51,790 nucleotides of DNA, filler included, from Calcarisporiella thermophila CBS 279.70 (GCF_041956535.1; 3 parts of 3 records of this genome joined end to end with filler, not necessarily neighbours in it); one strand, 5' to 3'; positions 30,474 to 42,519 are shown, numbered from the whole stretch's first letter. Numbers and translations: made by a program. The notes: generated by a model from the sequence alone, not told the origin.

Positions 30474-32603
30474 ATGCAGTTAAATTGTATGATCAAGAGC
30501 GGGGATGAATTTTCAGATGCTTTTCCGGTCGATATAATTGGGTCTAAAAGCGTCCATGACCTTAAAAAATTAATTCGAGAGGGAAATAAGCAATTGGAGG
30601 CTTTTGATATACCCCAAATCAAATTATGGAAGATCGATATTCCTTTTGATGCCTTTATTCAGTCCATTCATAATTTCGATAATATAAGTAGGAAGTTTCT
30701 GTCGCCATTAGATGAAATACGCGAGAATTTTCCAGAGGAGCCTAAAAAGAAGCATATTCATATAATCGTTGAACTTCCGATTACAGGTGCGTATTTTTAA
30801 ATCTAAATTTTAAAATTTAAATTTTTGTTTGACTTTTCATAATATTAACTTATTATTTACTAGAAAAAGATCAAGGTATATTTTTTTGATAAACAATTCA
30901 TCTTTAATTTATTGGAAACTCTTACAAATTACTTACATTTTACTCTTTATTTAGTTCGAACATCGTATAGTGATATGGCAAGTGTAACGGTTCCAGTGGT
31001 AGGCCCGATCCCAGCAGTAAGCCCAATTGCGCCAAACTCGAGGTGGTTAAGGTTTCCTCCGTATAGTCATATGGCAGGCTTTTCAATCCCAACGATTGGC
31101 CCTGTTGTTCCGAATGTAGGGTGGCTAATGCTTCCCTTTAGCGAACGGAATTGGTTTAATAGCCTGCTTGGAGATTTTCGGAGAGCTTCTTTCGTAATAC
31201 ATGGGCCATATCAAAGCGGCAAAACGTCTCTTTTGATGGCAATCCAAGACATATTCGAAAAAAATCATATCAACTATAGATTTTTTGATATGCCGCCAAT
31301 TCATGGCTACACCAGGCTTTATGGTCCTCAAAGAGGCTTTTATTATTTCATTTCGCAACGCATCTTCTCAGAGCCTTTGGAAGAAGGAGAATTACATAGT
31401 CGACTTAATTCAGTTAAAGGAAACTTTTATATCCTCATGGATGAGTTCCAGTCTATTTTCCAGGATAACGAACTTCTTGAGGTGGCCAAGGTATTCTTCA
31501 GATCACTGTCTCAATTTCGGAATATATTTTATCTCGCGGTTGGCACATTCAAGATAGTAGATTTAAGGCGCCCAGGCACCAATGAACTCGATTCACCTTT
31601 CAACAAAGCGCATTTTCGACAAATTCCATTTTTTACTACCGAGGACATGGGCAAGCTCTTCAGACTCTACAAGGAACTTTGTTTTCGTCCTGGCATCCCT
31701 GACCCTATACAGGCGAGCATCATACGTGAATCTCTTGGTCATCCAGCATCTTTTATGATCTTGTTAAAAATTTTTAATGAGTGCCAGCCCTCCTCTGACT
31801 CATGGAATCGCGAGATGCACGACAACCTTGAAAAATACATGAATGGGACACATATCAAATTTAAGCATATGCTGCAGAGCAAAAGTCAGTCAGTCAAGGC
31901 TTATATTCGAAAACTAACATGCAACATGGGGAGTCCTTGGTATATGGATTTGGAAAACCTCAGTGAAATCGATAAAGAACTACTGGACGTTGGTATCCTA
32001 GTACCTATTGGCGAAGAAAATACTGTCAGCTTTACGAGTTGTATCATCTTACGCGTTTGTATCGGGGTTGTTGGGCCAAAGTCAAATTATAGGTTGACGG
32101 ATATACCTGACCCCATCGAGTTACTGGCTTTGGGTTTGCAACAGATTACTCCCGAAACTATCAACGACGAGCGGGTACGCAACAGGAGTGGCCCTTCAGA
32201 AACTTCTTTCCAGGCGGCTCTCTTCAGCGTCTGGAATTCTTTAGTGCCTAGTCCCATGAAATGTTTGGTTGAAATGCGTGCTAGGAATCAAGATACAATA
32301 GATCTCATGGTTGTTAACGGACAAAATAATTGGGCTGCCTATGAGCTAAAAGTCAATAAAGTAACCACAGCAGAATTCCGGGCCGCCATCCAGCAAGCTA
32401 AAAAATACGCGGATCACTATCAGATGACCGTATATCTAGTTAATTTTTATTTAGAGGGCCTTCACTCCCCAGTATTGCTCGATCCAGTCCAAGACGTAGT
32501 TGTGGTAAATGTTATGCATAACGCTTCTTGCTCGAAATTTACCATTTTTGCACCAAATTACCATAAGGAAATTCTTGTATTCGATCAAGATCGAAGTTTG
32601 TAA
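30474..32603 (+). CDS. Crinkler (CRN) family effector: CRN N-terminal header, P-loop NTPase and PD-(D/E)xK nuclease, 3 exons
   Basis: LNC..AFPVDI..SVHDLKKLI..IKLWKIDIP..HIHIIVELP; Walker A GPYQSGKT; Walker B ILMDEFQ; IDLMV..YELKV. Introns 30787-30863 and 30876-30954 flank a 12-nt microexon. Confidence 0.88.
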
Positions 32604-32789
32604 AATTTATCCTATCCCGTTTTATTCCATTTTGTAATTAAAATCTACCTTTATTACATACCATTCCAACTAATTAATCAGATAATCTTCAGAAGGCAGT
32701 CTGGCATTCTTCCTAATGCTTGTATTAAAAATTATACAGTAACAATCAAAATTTGATTCACCATAGTAAATACCTCGATTATTTTTTTT

Positions 32790-33570
32790 CTAAATAATTC
32801 GATACTAAGCCTAGCGTATGCGACGGCTTAGTCGAAATGGAATAGGCAGTCAGCAGTCCATGCTTCACGATGATGGGGTCGTTTATTAGTCAAATTTGAG
32901 CTACTTCCAGAAGAATATAAAAAAAAATTAAAAGATTAACAGATTAACAGATGGACAAGAACTATCAAAGAATTTGAAGTAAGAATGGAATTCATTGAAA
33001 TCATTTAGAATACTAAAGAATTAGGATTAAGGCTATATAAGGTTGTCATTCTGCAAGTACGACTCCTTGGCCCTTCTCGAGAAGAAGGGTGGGAATTAAA
33101 GAAATTAAAGAATAAAATTAATGATACAAAAAACAATAAGTAAAACGGAAAGAAAAGATGAAGGGTGGGATCGTGAAGCATGGACTGCTGACTGCCTATT
33201 CCAGTTCGACTAAGCCGTCGCATACGCTAGGCTTAATATCGAAATAGACTGCGGACTAGGTCAGCAGTCCATGCTTCACGATGATACAGAGGGCCCAGCT
33301 ACGTTTCGTCGAGTGCTAACGAGAGAAGCGCTCTAGATACGTCGGCTTCGAACGCCCGATCTCGCCGATAATAGAGGTCGAAGGTCGAGGACGAAGACCA
33401 ATTCCCCAAGGTAACCACCGTATCTATGTCGAGCTTTCTTAGTGCTAGCGTGGCGCCGGTCTTCCGTGTATCGTGGGCTCTAGTGTTGGGGGTTGATATC
33501 CCGAAAATAGATTTAATCCAGCGCGCAATCATTGAAGGTCTGGCGGGACGGGATATGTAACACGACCAAG
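32790..33570 (-). mobile_element. 3' remnant of a DIRS-type tyrosine-recombinase retrotransposon
   Basis: YR C-terminus IARWIK..AHDTRKTGAT..LGNWSSSSTFDLYYRR (33299-~33560). 74 bp inverted repeat 32798-32871 / 33170-33243, plus a partial third copy at 33260-33285. Confidence 0.8.
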
Positions 33571-34008
33571 TTCCGACCCCTTTTTTTTTCACACCATTCA
33601 TTTAATACATTTTATACACATATACTCGTTTCTTTCATTTAATTATTAAATTACGAGCTAGTTCTGTGATGCAGCTTTGTTTTTCTTGAATTCTTCTTTA
33701 TATACCTCCTAATTCCTTGATTTTTTGGTTCCTCATCTTTCCCCATTCTTTAAATAAGGGATAACATTTTCTGACAGTTATTGAACTGTTACAACCACAA
33801 ATTTGGAGATACAGATAATAAAGGGAGGCAATCAATCAATAGAAACATCATGGATATGTCAAGGCTTGGAGTATTGTAATGGTATTGTTAAAAGAGTGAA
33901 TTCACTTCTATACTTTTATTACAGTCGTAGTGGTAGCCAAACTCGTACTCTATGTGACTCTATGCATGATTTTCAGTTATAGAGCGACGATATACTGACA
34001 TATTGCTA

Positions 34009-35637
34009 CAGGATGCCGAAAAACTTTTGCAATGATATGTCATGTTTTCTATATTAATTAATTAATCAATAACTACCCTAGAAAAATGGATCGGAAAATT
34101 CTTGTAAAAATGTACAACACTGAGACCAGTTTTATTAATACGTGATACCCATGTTTAAAAAAGAGAAAGTTTAATGCTGGGAGGTTAAAGTTGGAAAAAG
34201 TATTGCAATGTCCTTTACAGATTTGCCACTTATATAGACAGTTTTCACAAATTGCGTATTGCACTCTTTTTTACCAATATTTTGTGTGTCCTCCTTTTGC
34301 ATTATATACAGCACGCACTCGCTCCGGCATGCTTACATAGAGCTTGCTGACAAATTCTACGTCTATGCTCTCTCATTCTTTCTCAATACGTTCCCACAGT
34401 TCGTTCTTGTTCTTCGGAAGTCGTTGATAATAGTTTAGCCCTCGTTTCAGTTCGCTCCACATATGCTCCATTATATTGAGATCAGGAGACTGCGAAGGCC
34501 ATTCTAGCACATCTATCCTCTTGTTTCGTAACCATTCCCTGGTTACCTTGGACGTATGTTTTGGATCGTTGTCTTGCTGGAATATGACTTGTGATTTCTT
34601 TATCTCGTAATAATCCAAAGATCCAAGATATTCTTCGTTAAGGATATTCGTGTACAATACGGAGTCGAGCCCTCCATCGATACGGCACAAGTTACCGACG
34701 CCATGCGAAGTGACGCAGCCCCACGCCATCAAAGACCCACCACCGTGCTTGAGCGTTGACCTTATATAGCGGCTGCGGAGTGGCTCACCTTTGTGCTTAT
34801 AATATTCTCTGCCGCTTGCTTGGGCGAATGTTACCTGTGTTTCATCCGAGAATACAACTCGTTTTCAATCAGCTTCGGACCAGTCTTTATACTTCTTGGC
34901 AAACTCCATCCTCCGTCTTCGGTGTGCAGTTGTTAGTAGAGATTTCCTTGGTCTTACGCGAGTAAGCAGTTCGTTACGTCTGACCGCTAGCCTCACAACA
35001 TCGACAGACACATCCACATCGTATTCGTCCTTGAAGTGTTTCTTAACTGCAGGTGCATTTTTACACTGACCTGACGATAATAATGTCGCTATTTTTCTCT
35101 CCTGTCTCTCACTCAGAATTCGGGGGCGACCATCATGTGGCCTTTTGAAATCAGGCCGATGCCATCTTTCTCCTGCGATGACCCTTGCAACTGTCGAGTA
35201 ATGGATGTCAAGCAGTTTTGCTATTTGACGACAAGACTTTCCTTCTTTGGAGTAAATAAAAACACTGTCGCGAGTCTTGTTGGAAATTGGCTTCATTGTA
35301 GTCACGTATATAAAATATACTTGTGTAGTTTTGTGTTCTTATTTTGACATATGCAGATGAGAAAATAATAAATAAAGAAGCAAGAACCGTGCAACGAGAA
35401 AAAAATGTAGTCATATGTACCAAGTCCAAAAATCATATTGCAACACTTTTCCAATATTCATCCCCCTGGAGCTTAACTTTTTATTCTTTAATCATACCCT
35501 GCAGGTATTCCTTAATATAGTGTAGATCGCAAATATTTTTACAATAATCTTCCGATCCATTTTTCTAGGGTAGTTATTGATCAATTAATTAATATAGAAA
35601 ATATGACATATCATTGCAACAGTTTTTCTGCAACCTG
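34009..35637 (-). mobile_element. Tc1/mariner transposon with long TIRs and a disrupted DD34E transposase (34271-35296)
   Basis: TA|CAGG...CCTG|TA ends and roughly 200 bp imperfect TIRs. Motifs VFSDE, FQQDNDPKHTS, WPSQSPDLNIME, GGHTKY. In-frame TGA at 34865 and 34373, plus a frameshift. Confidence 0.93.
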
Positions 35638-36014
35638 TATAATAAATACATTAGTATTTCTTAGTACTATTCAAATTTGGTACTTGATGTTTAATATAGT
35701 ACTTAATTCCGCGTTTGAAGCAGAGAGAGGTTGAGAAATTACTGCGGAGACTAGGGGAGCTTCGGCCATAGCACTTTGAATCGCTTTGGTCCAAGTGTAA
35801 AAGTATTCTCGGACAATGTGGCTTGGAGAGTGCTACTAGTGTTATTTGAGAGTTCGAGATAGGAGAGAAAGTTAATACCTCTGCTTATTATTCCAAAATG
35901 CAAAATGTCCAAAATATATACCCAGAAAACAGTGAGGTTAGCAAGTAATCGCAAAATATTAGAGCTACCTAAAACAGACAAGCTGTAAAACTAGTTCTTG
36001 CAAGCCTTTTCATC

Positions 36015-36500
36015 GTGAAAAGGTTGAAGATTGCGTATGAAGACGAGAAAAATTTCTCCAAATCTTTAGCTGTGCTTCACCAGAATCTACGACCCGATGA
36101 CGCTTCCATGTCTGAGGCCGATCGCCGCCACAATCCTCGTAGAATTTATGTCACCGGTCTGCCATTCATGCGTCTTGGAAGTCTGCGTAAGCACCTGTAT
36201 AATCTCAGAGTGAGATTACCCAATGTTTACAATCTTGCTTACATTGGAAGACATACAGTAGAGTTCCTTGTGGCGGAAAGCTATTACTCATCTATAGCTC
36301 GAAGGTTCTTGGCTTTGCATCTCCGTGTTGAGCTGAATTAGGACCTCGAGAGGGGCCAAGATCAAAACGCGGCGGATGAAGTAGTGGCCAAAGTAAATGC
36401 CGCTCTCTTGAAGACTTGCAAGGCCTTGTGGACTCTCTCCAAACCACATTGTCCGAGAATACTTTTCCACCTGGTCCAAAGCTATTAAAAGTGTTATGAC
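36015..36500 (+). pseudogene. Fragment of a putative non-LTR retrotransposon ORF1, an inverted paralog of 36540-36880
   Basis: RRIYVTGLPFMRLGSLRKHLYNLRVRLPNVYNLAYIGRHTVEFLV. A diverged reverse-complement copy lies immediately downstream. Confidence 0.55.
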
Positions 36501-36529
36501 TGATCAAAGTGGTATCCTTGCGTATGTGC

Positions 36530-37873
36530 TAAATCTCGGAGTCGTAATTCCACGCAGCACGAAGTTGCAAGACCGAGAACCTTCGAGTTAGGTACGGGTA
36601 ATAGCCTGCTGCCACAAGAAACTCTACTGTATGTCTTCCGATGTAATCAAGATTGTATACATTGGATAATCTCACTGAGATTATACAAATGCTTGCGCAG
36701 ACTACAAAGATGCATGAATGGCAGACCGATGACATAAAAAAATTCTACGGGGATTGTGACGGCGAGCGACCTCAGACATGGAAGCGTCATCGGGTCGTAG
36801 ATTCTGGTGAAGCACCGCTAATGATTTAGAAAAAGTTTTCTAATCTTTTTGCAGAATCTTCAATTTTTTTACGATGTCGGCATAGGAAGCCTTTCTTGCT
36901 GTAGGCTTCTTAGGCTGGTTAGCCCTGACTGGTTGGTGGTCAGGGTTAGAAATCGATTGAGATCCGTTTGGAGGGTGCAGGCTCAGTTGTAATCTCCTCT
37001 CCTGCCAGCGTCCTTAGATCTCCTCTGTGTACTTTACGACTTGCTCCTCAAGTTCGCATTGATGGTCGGAAAGAAGCTTCTCAATCCCCCTCCCAAGCAC
37101 CTCTCCTCTAACTCTTTTTCTATCTCTAGGAATTTCTCCTCGAACTGCTTCAAAACTCGAATCTCCTGTTCTTTAAGTTCCTTAGCGTGTAAGAGATCCC
37201 TTGCTTCAAGCTCCTTTTTGTGTTGGAGGTTCCTTTCTCCAAGTTCACTTGTGTGTCGGTGAACTTGATCCTGAAGCCGTGTTTCGAGCTCTTCTACCCT
37301 AAAAGCTAGAGACACGACTTGTGCTCTAATTTCTTTAATTAGTTCATCTACGGGTCTGGAAGGATGGGATGATGTGGAAACCATGGGTTGAGCAGTCTCA
37401 TCGCCGCAAGTTCCATGGATCCGTTCAACTTCGATTGACTCACTGGATTCTCGCCCAGATAACCTAGCGGTTTTGCGCGAGAGAAGAAAACGTTGAAAGG
37501 CTGATCCACGGGAGGAAAGCGGTTGGAGCGCTGAGGTGGATGCATCGCTGTGACGGAGAAGAGGCTGCTGGGCACTAGGTTGCTCGGAGGTATTATTTCC
37601 TTTTGCTCCGGCAGCGATATACTTTTTCCGAGTACTCGTGACCAATTCAGGTGGAACTAGAATGCCAAGGCGACGTGCCATATCCGCGCGGTGAATCGTT
37701 TTATGACAATTAGTGCAATGGTAATAGCAGCGTTTGAGCCTGTCTTGATTAGTCCCTAGCTTTCCAGTTTTGTCACAGTTTAAGCACTTGAGGCTGTCCT
37801 TCTGGCTGTAAAACTTATCATCAATTCTTTTGATGAATGCGACAAATACTGGGGAATCTGCCACGACTGTCAT
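36530..37873 (-). mobile_element. Degenerate putative non-LTR retrotransposon ORF1 (CxxC..CxxC zinc finger, coiled coil, YIGRHTVEFLV domain)
   Basis: ORF 37034-37873 has CLNC..CTNC and heptad repeats. Its frameshifted continuation matches 36015-36341. The family assignment is from recall, not a search. Confidence 0.55.
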
Positions 37874-39289
37874 ATTGTATGAAAATAAAATGCAAAGTTC
37901 TTCTCAAGAGAGGGAATAGAAAAAACCCAGAGGAAAGCGAGAGACCTTTGAGGCATCTGTACTTTTATATACCGAGGAGCCTCGATAGGGGCGTAAAAGC
38001 AAGAGTACCAGTGTGTTTGAGGTCATCAAATAGAAAAGGGCGGTGTAAGGACTGAATTGCGAAAGCCTAATATTCTCGAATATCAAATTCAGTATTATTA
38101 TGAAAGGTGTAGCACAATTTCAGTACAACTCTTCCATATTATTTTTGCGAGCAAAGCGATATTTATGATTACAGTACAGTATATTCACTACTATTATTTA
38201 AAAAAGTGGGATGATTTGAAGTTGGTAATAAATATTGTAGGGTAGACAAGACTAAGACAAAGCGTAATAATAAACTAGAACAGGTATTAGTTAAGTAACA
38301 GCAGTTTGTTTCATATGGATTTTGTTACTCAGTGTTGAAAAGATGCAGCAAAGTTGCCTTCTTATTTTTATTATACNNNNNNNNNNNNNNNNNNNNNNNN
38401 NNNNNNNNNNNNNNNNNNNNNNNNNNNNNNNNNNNNNNNNNNNNNNNNNNNNNNNNNNNNNNNNNNNNNNNNNNNNNNNNNNNNNNNNNNNNNNNNNNNN
38501 NNNNNNNNNNNNNNNNNNNNNNGATTACAGTACAGTATATTCACTACTATTATTTAAAAAAGTGGGATGATTTGAAGTTGGTAATAAATATTGTAGGGTA
38601 GACAAGACTAAGACAAAGCGTAATAATAAACTAGAACAGGTATTAGTTAAGTAACAGCAGTTTGTTTCATATGGATTTTGTTACTCAGTGTTGAAAAGAT
38701 GCAGCAAAGTTGCCTTCTTATTTTTATTATACATTTTCTCAAGAAAAAATTTTATTAAACATATACTGTACTATGCACGGTAAATATCATTGAATTACAG
38801 GCGGAACTCGTGCGAATTTCGTATACTTTCCGTACGCAGATAAAGCCACCATTTGGATGAGAGTTCGGGCAAGGTTACACGATGAAAAAGGCCCCAGTTC
38901 GTATGAGAGTTCAATTGAGAGTTCGGGTAATGTCGTACGCAGACTTGGCCAAAGTACAAGTTTGGATGAACGTCACAGTTCGGATGAATGCTTGGGTCGA
39001 CAACAAAGTGGCTATTTTTTATTGAGCATTTGGGGTAAATTTAGTCCCTCAATTTACCCCTACACGTCACCAGCTACAGGTAATGTATTTTGTGCAGAAA
39101 TGAGTCGACACTTTATCAATGGCTGGAGAGTATTGTTGACGATAACCTATGAGCTGTATTTTTTATTAATAATATTCTTATAAATAGTATATAAATTTAA
39201 ATTGGTATTTAGTTATTGAGGTAGAGAAGATTGGGGCATTGAAGATAAAATATACTCTAGTAAATCGCGATTCTATCTGTAACAATACG

Positions 39290-39432
39290 GATTCAAGATT
39301 CGGGATTCGGTTCAAGATTCAAGATTCAAGATTAAGATTCAGAGTTCAAGATACAAGATTCAAGATTCAAGATTCAAGTTCAGGATTCAAGTTCAGGATT
39401 CAAGAGTTCAGGATTCAGGATTCAGGGGTTCA
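39290..39432. repeat. Imperfect heptamer tandem array (GATTCAA/GATTCAG)n
   Basis: About 20 imperfect units, read directly. Confidence 0.9.
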
Positions 39433-39755
39433 CGGTTCTTTTATTGACTTCTAATGTAAAGAAGGGTGATAATCTACAAGGTAAGTAAAGCGGGAAATCG
39501 TAAAGGGTGAAATAAAGATAGGAAATTTCAGAGTAGAAATTGATGTCCGTAAAAGGAAATCGGACAGATCAAGGGGAAATCGGGCAGGTTAAGATGAAAT
39601 TGATGACGTCGCATTCGTGTAATTTTGGAGTGGTCGTCATTAGTAGGCTAGTGAGATTTCGCTATAGAGAGAGAAAAAAAGTATAAATAGAGAGAAAAAA
39701 AGGGGGATAAGAGTAGATATAACTCTAAATCGGATAAACCAAATATCTGAGGAAC

Positions 39756-40140
39756 TCAATAATAAGAATAGGTGTAGCTAAACTGAATAAATCAAATAGC
39801 TAAATAGCTCTGTACGAGTGAAGTTTCACTGTAGAGGGGTAGATAGAATAGGAGAATGAAAGAGGGGGAAGGAAAGAGGAGAGGATAAAAAATAAAATAA
39901 AATAGTTATAGATATGAATCTAGCATCTCAAATAGCTAAGGAAATCAATAATAAGAATAGATGTAGATAAATTGAGTAAGTCAAATAGCTAAATTTCCCC
40001 GTACGAGTGAAATTTCACTGTAGGGGGATAGATAAACTAGGAGAATGAAAGAGGGAGAAGGAAAAGGGAGGGGATGAAAATAAAATAAAATAGTTGTAAT
40101 ATAAATCTAGCAACTCAAATAGCTAGGGAAATCAATAATT
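39756..40140. repeat. Diverged tandem duplication, period ~188 bp
   Basis: TCAATAATAAGAATAG...GTACGAGTGAA..TTTCACTGTAG..CTCAAATAGCTA starts at 39756 and 39945, and a third start lies at 40132. Confidence 0.85.
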
Positions 40141-40933
40141 CAATAAATAAGAAATAGATGCTGTATAATGGCTATACAGCAGGTATCGGGAAGTGTAACG
40201 GTAAGAGTAATAGTAATAGTTCTCCAAAGAGGGCGGGAAGGGTAAAGTTGAGTGGATAATAGCGATAAGTATATATACCGTTACTAGTAATGGCAGAATG
40301 GGAAGCAGCTAGGGATGAGGGGGTGGGGGGAAGTATAGTCGGCGAGAAATTATTCAGAGGGTGAATGGACAAGATTTAGTGATGGATAAGAGGGGGGGTG
40401 AAATTCGTTCAGAGTATCCAGAACTACCACCTGGAAGTTGAAATCGAATTTGAAATTCTTGTGGCTAATTCTGGAATTGGCTGTTGAGGTAGAGCATTGC
40501 TAAGCCAAACTTTTCGTACTGGCAGCGATTCAAGAGAGTTTAGGAGGGTGTATTCCTCATTCCTATATCTGGCTTCCTTTTCTTGCCTTCATCCGCCCCA
40601 ATCGTCCGGAAGGATGTCTGGACAATCTTTGAGGAGGTCGCAGAGGCGGATGTGTGCTCTGTTAAAGGCTCTCTGGCATTTCGGGCACTTGCTTTGAAAT
40701 CGAAAGGTGCCTTGTCTCCAGGAGAGAGCCCAGATTCTTATCTGCGAGTCGGAGTAGGTGAGAAATCGGTCATATCCACTTCGGGGTTGCCTGCACTCTT
40801 CGGAAATGTATCGACAGAGTACAGATCGTGAAGAGAGTTCGGAATGTCGGTTTTACAGGAGAAACACGGAGAGTGGCAGCGTCCGTCTTTCTTGGGGCGT
40901 TAACGCATTATATTGAACGCGTAACGGATGCGA

Positions 40934-41033
40934 NNNNNNNNNNNNNNNNNNNNNNNNNNNNNNNNNNNNNNNNNNNNTTAATTAATTAANNNNNNNNNNN
41001 NNNNNNNNNNNNNNNNNNNNNNNNNNNNNNNNN
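40934..41033. other. Assembly spacer N44-TTAATTAATTAA-N44
   Basis: Same artificial linker as 29997-30096. Confidence 0.95.
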
Positions 41034-41071
41034 GTTGCTTGATCAAAAAAAAAAACTAGAGGTCACTCACC

Positions 41072-41383
41072 GGCCGTCCCTGGATGGCACAGTGGTTAAG
41101 AGTCCCGGGGCTTAACCAATGTGTGCTGGGTTCGACTCCCGGCGATGGCACCTGTACTAGAGATGGGTCCGGGACATACTCTAGGAATCGAGCTATAAGA
41201 TACTCCGTTCTTAATAATTTGATATTGATCGTCCTCAGAAAACAAGAAATACGTTTAATATAGGGCCTGTCAGAAGAAATACATGTAAGCAATGGTTGAG
41301 CGTTAGAAATAGCGTGCAAATCCTTTCATTTAACTTGTATAGGGGACTTTTCAATAAAAGATCCTTCAATCTCAAAAAAAAAA
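41072..41383 (+). mobile_element. tRNA-derived SINE, family 1
   Basis: A box TGGCACAGTGG, B box GGTTCGACTCC, acceptor-like stem GCCGTC/GATGGC. 3' tail GACTTTTCAATAAAAGATCC followed by A10. Confidence 0.8.
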
Positions 41384-41632
41384 TCAGAAAGCGCGATATC
41401 TTTCAAGTAGAGCAGCCAATAGAATTGATTGTCGCTACGTTGCCGACCCCTCGTGGTTACTCGCCGGCCTCGTGGTTACTCTTATGCTCCCTCATGGCTA
41501 TCTTGTTGATGTTGATTGATACTTTGTTGTCTTATCTATCTCATCTTTGAACCCCAGTGAGAGTTGTTCTCCTTTGTTCACAATTCTATTTAAACCCTTC
41601 GGTTTATTTTAATGTTCAACACCAATTCCCTG

Positions 41633-41792
41633 AATTATTAAGATAAATCTCTTATTTTTATCAAGATCCGGATATCCCTCCACACAAACCTCTTTTCGCC
41701 TGTAACAGATTGAATCAGATGTTCTTGTAATTTATTTAGAAGGAAAATTTACCACTACAATCCCTCGATCGAGAGGTCACTCACTCACTCAC
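41633..41792 (+). other. Anchor/target sequence, copy 1: hairpin, motif and (TCAC)4
   Basis: Aligns by eye with the reverse complement of 51288-51443. Ends CCTC-GATCGA-GAGG-TCACTCACTCACTCAC. Confidence 0.75.
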
Positions 41793-42129
41793 GGAGGAGG
41801 GTTAGTGTAGTGGACTATCCCTGGTATGCCGATGAGAATGGCGTGGGTTTGAATCCCACTTCCTCCACCAGCACTTACTCTTAGTTTGTGACTGCTGTCC
41901 ACTTGATCAGTAATTGAGTCTTTATTATTGAAAAGATCGCTCCTACGATAAGTACAAAGATTACATCGGTTTCACGTACATGCTATTCACGACAACTACG
42001 ATATGCGCATATCGATTGAACGCCTATCTATCACGGACCTATATCTCGCTATATTAAGTCCATTGACATTAACTTCATGTAATATATGAAAATTAAATAA
42101 AAAGTTTCCATTGATTGACCAAAAAAAAA
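41793..42129 (+). mobile_element. tRNA-derived SINE, family 2
   Basis: GGAGGA...TCCTCC-ACCA acceptor stem with CCA, A box TAGTGTAGTGG, T-arm GTGGG-TTTGAAT-CCCAC. Ends ATTAACTTCATG..AATAAA..A9. Confidence 0.8.
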
Positions 42130-42146
42130 TTCGAGAGGTCACTCAC

Positions 42147-42434
42147 TTGGATACAAATCCAAGGAGACAAAATATCCTTCAACCAAAACATTTAGCTCCA
42201 ATACGATATTGCCGAATGCCCTATCATCCGTATTCCAAGTTTCCCTTTTACTTTTCTTTTCCTTTTTTATCTCCTTTCCTCTCTCGTATACCACCTTCCT
42301 TGAAAAATAGGAAGGTATCCACACTATCTACCATGTCTTACATGTATTGCTTATTATCTAATATCTTGATATCTATCAAAATCCTTTACTAACAAAAAAG
42401 AGTAGTTTTAAATAAAGATCCTTCAAAAAAAAAA
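42147..42434 (+). mobile_element. 5'-truncated retroposed insert, probably a LINE 3'UTR
   Basis: Bounded by motif copies, with a pyrimidine tract. Ends AATAAAGATCCTTC-A10 like the SINE tails. Confidence 0.6.
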
Positions 42435-42519
42435 TCGAGAGGTCACTCACCAGGTTTAACAGAGTAGGATACTTTTCAATAAAAGTTTTATTTGTTGAAA
42501 AAGGTCTTTCTTTTATTTT

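Larger units (their letters stand above)
39290..40933 (-). mobile_element. 3' part of a non-LTR retrotransposon: ORF2 C-terminal zinc knuckle, 3'UTR and (TTGAATC)n tail
   Basis: A minus frame reads DRFLTYSDSQIRIWALSWRQGTFRFQSKCPKCQRAFNRAHIRLC..YTLLNSL, with a stop and frameshift. AATAAA at 39445-39440 precedes the heptamer array. Confidence 0.6.

Noticed and set aside
34373-34867. TGA read as Trp (two TGA at conserved Trp positions in the Tc1 transposase)
   Set aside because: The element also has a frameshift, and the homeobox gene ends in TGA. Ordinary G-to-A decay explains it.
38167-38732. 210 bp direct repeat or LTR pair around an N-gap
   Set aside because: The copies look identical and abut the gap on both sides, typical of unmerged overlapping contig ends.
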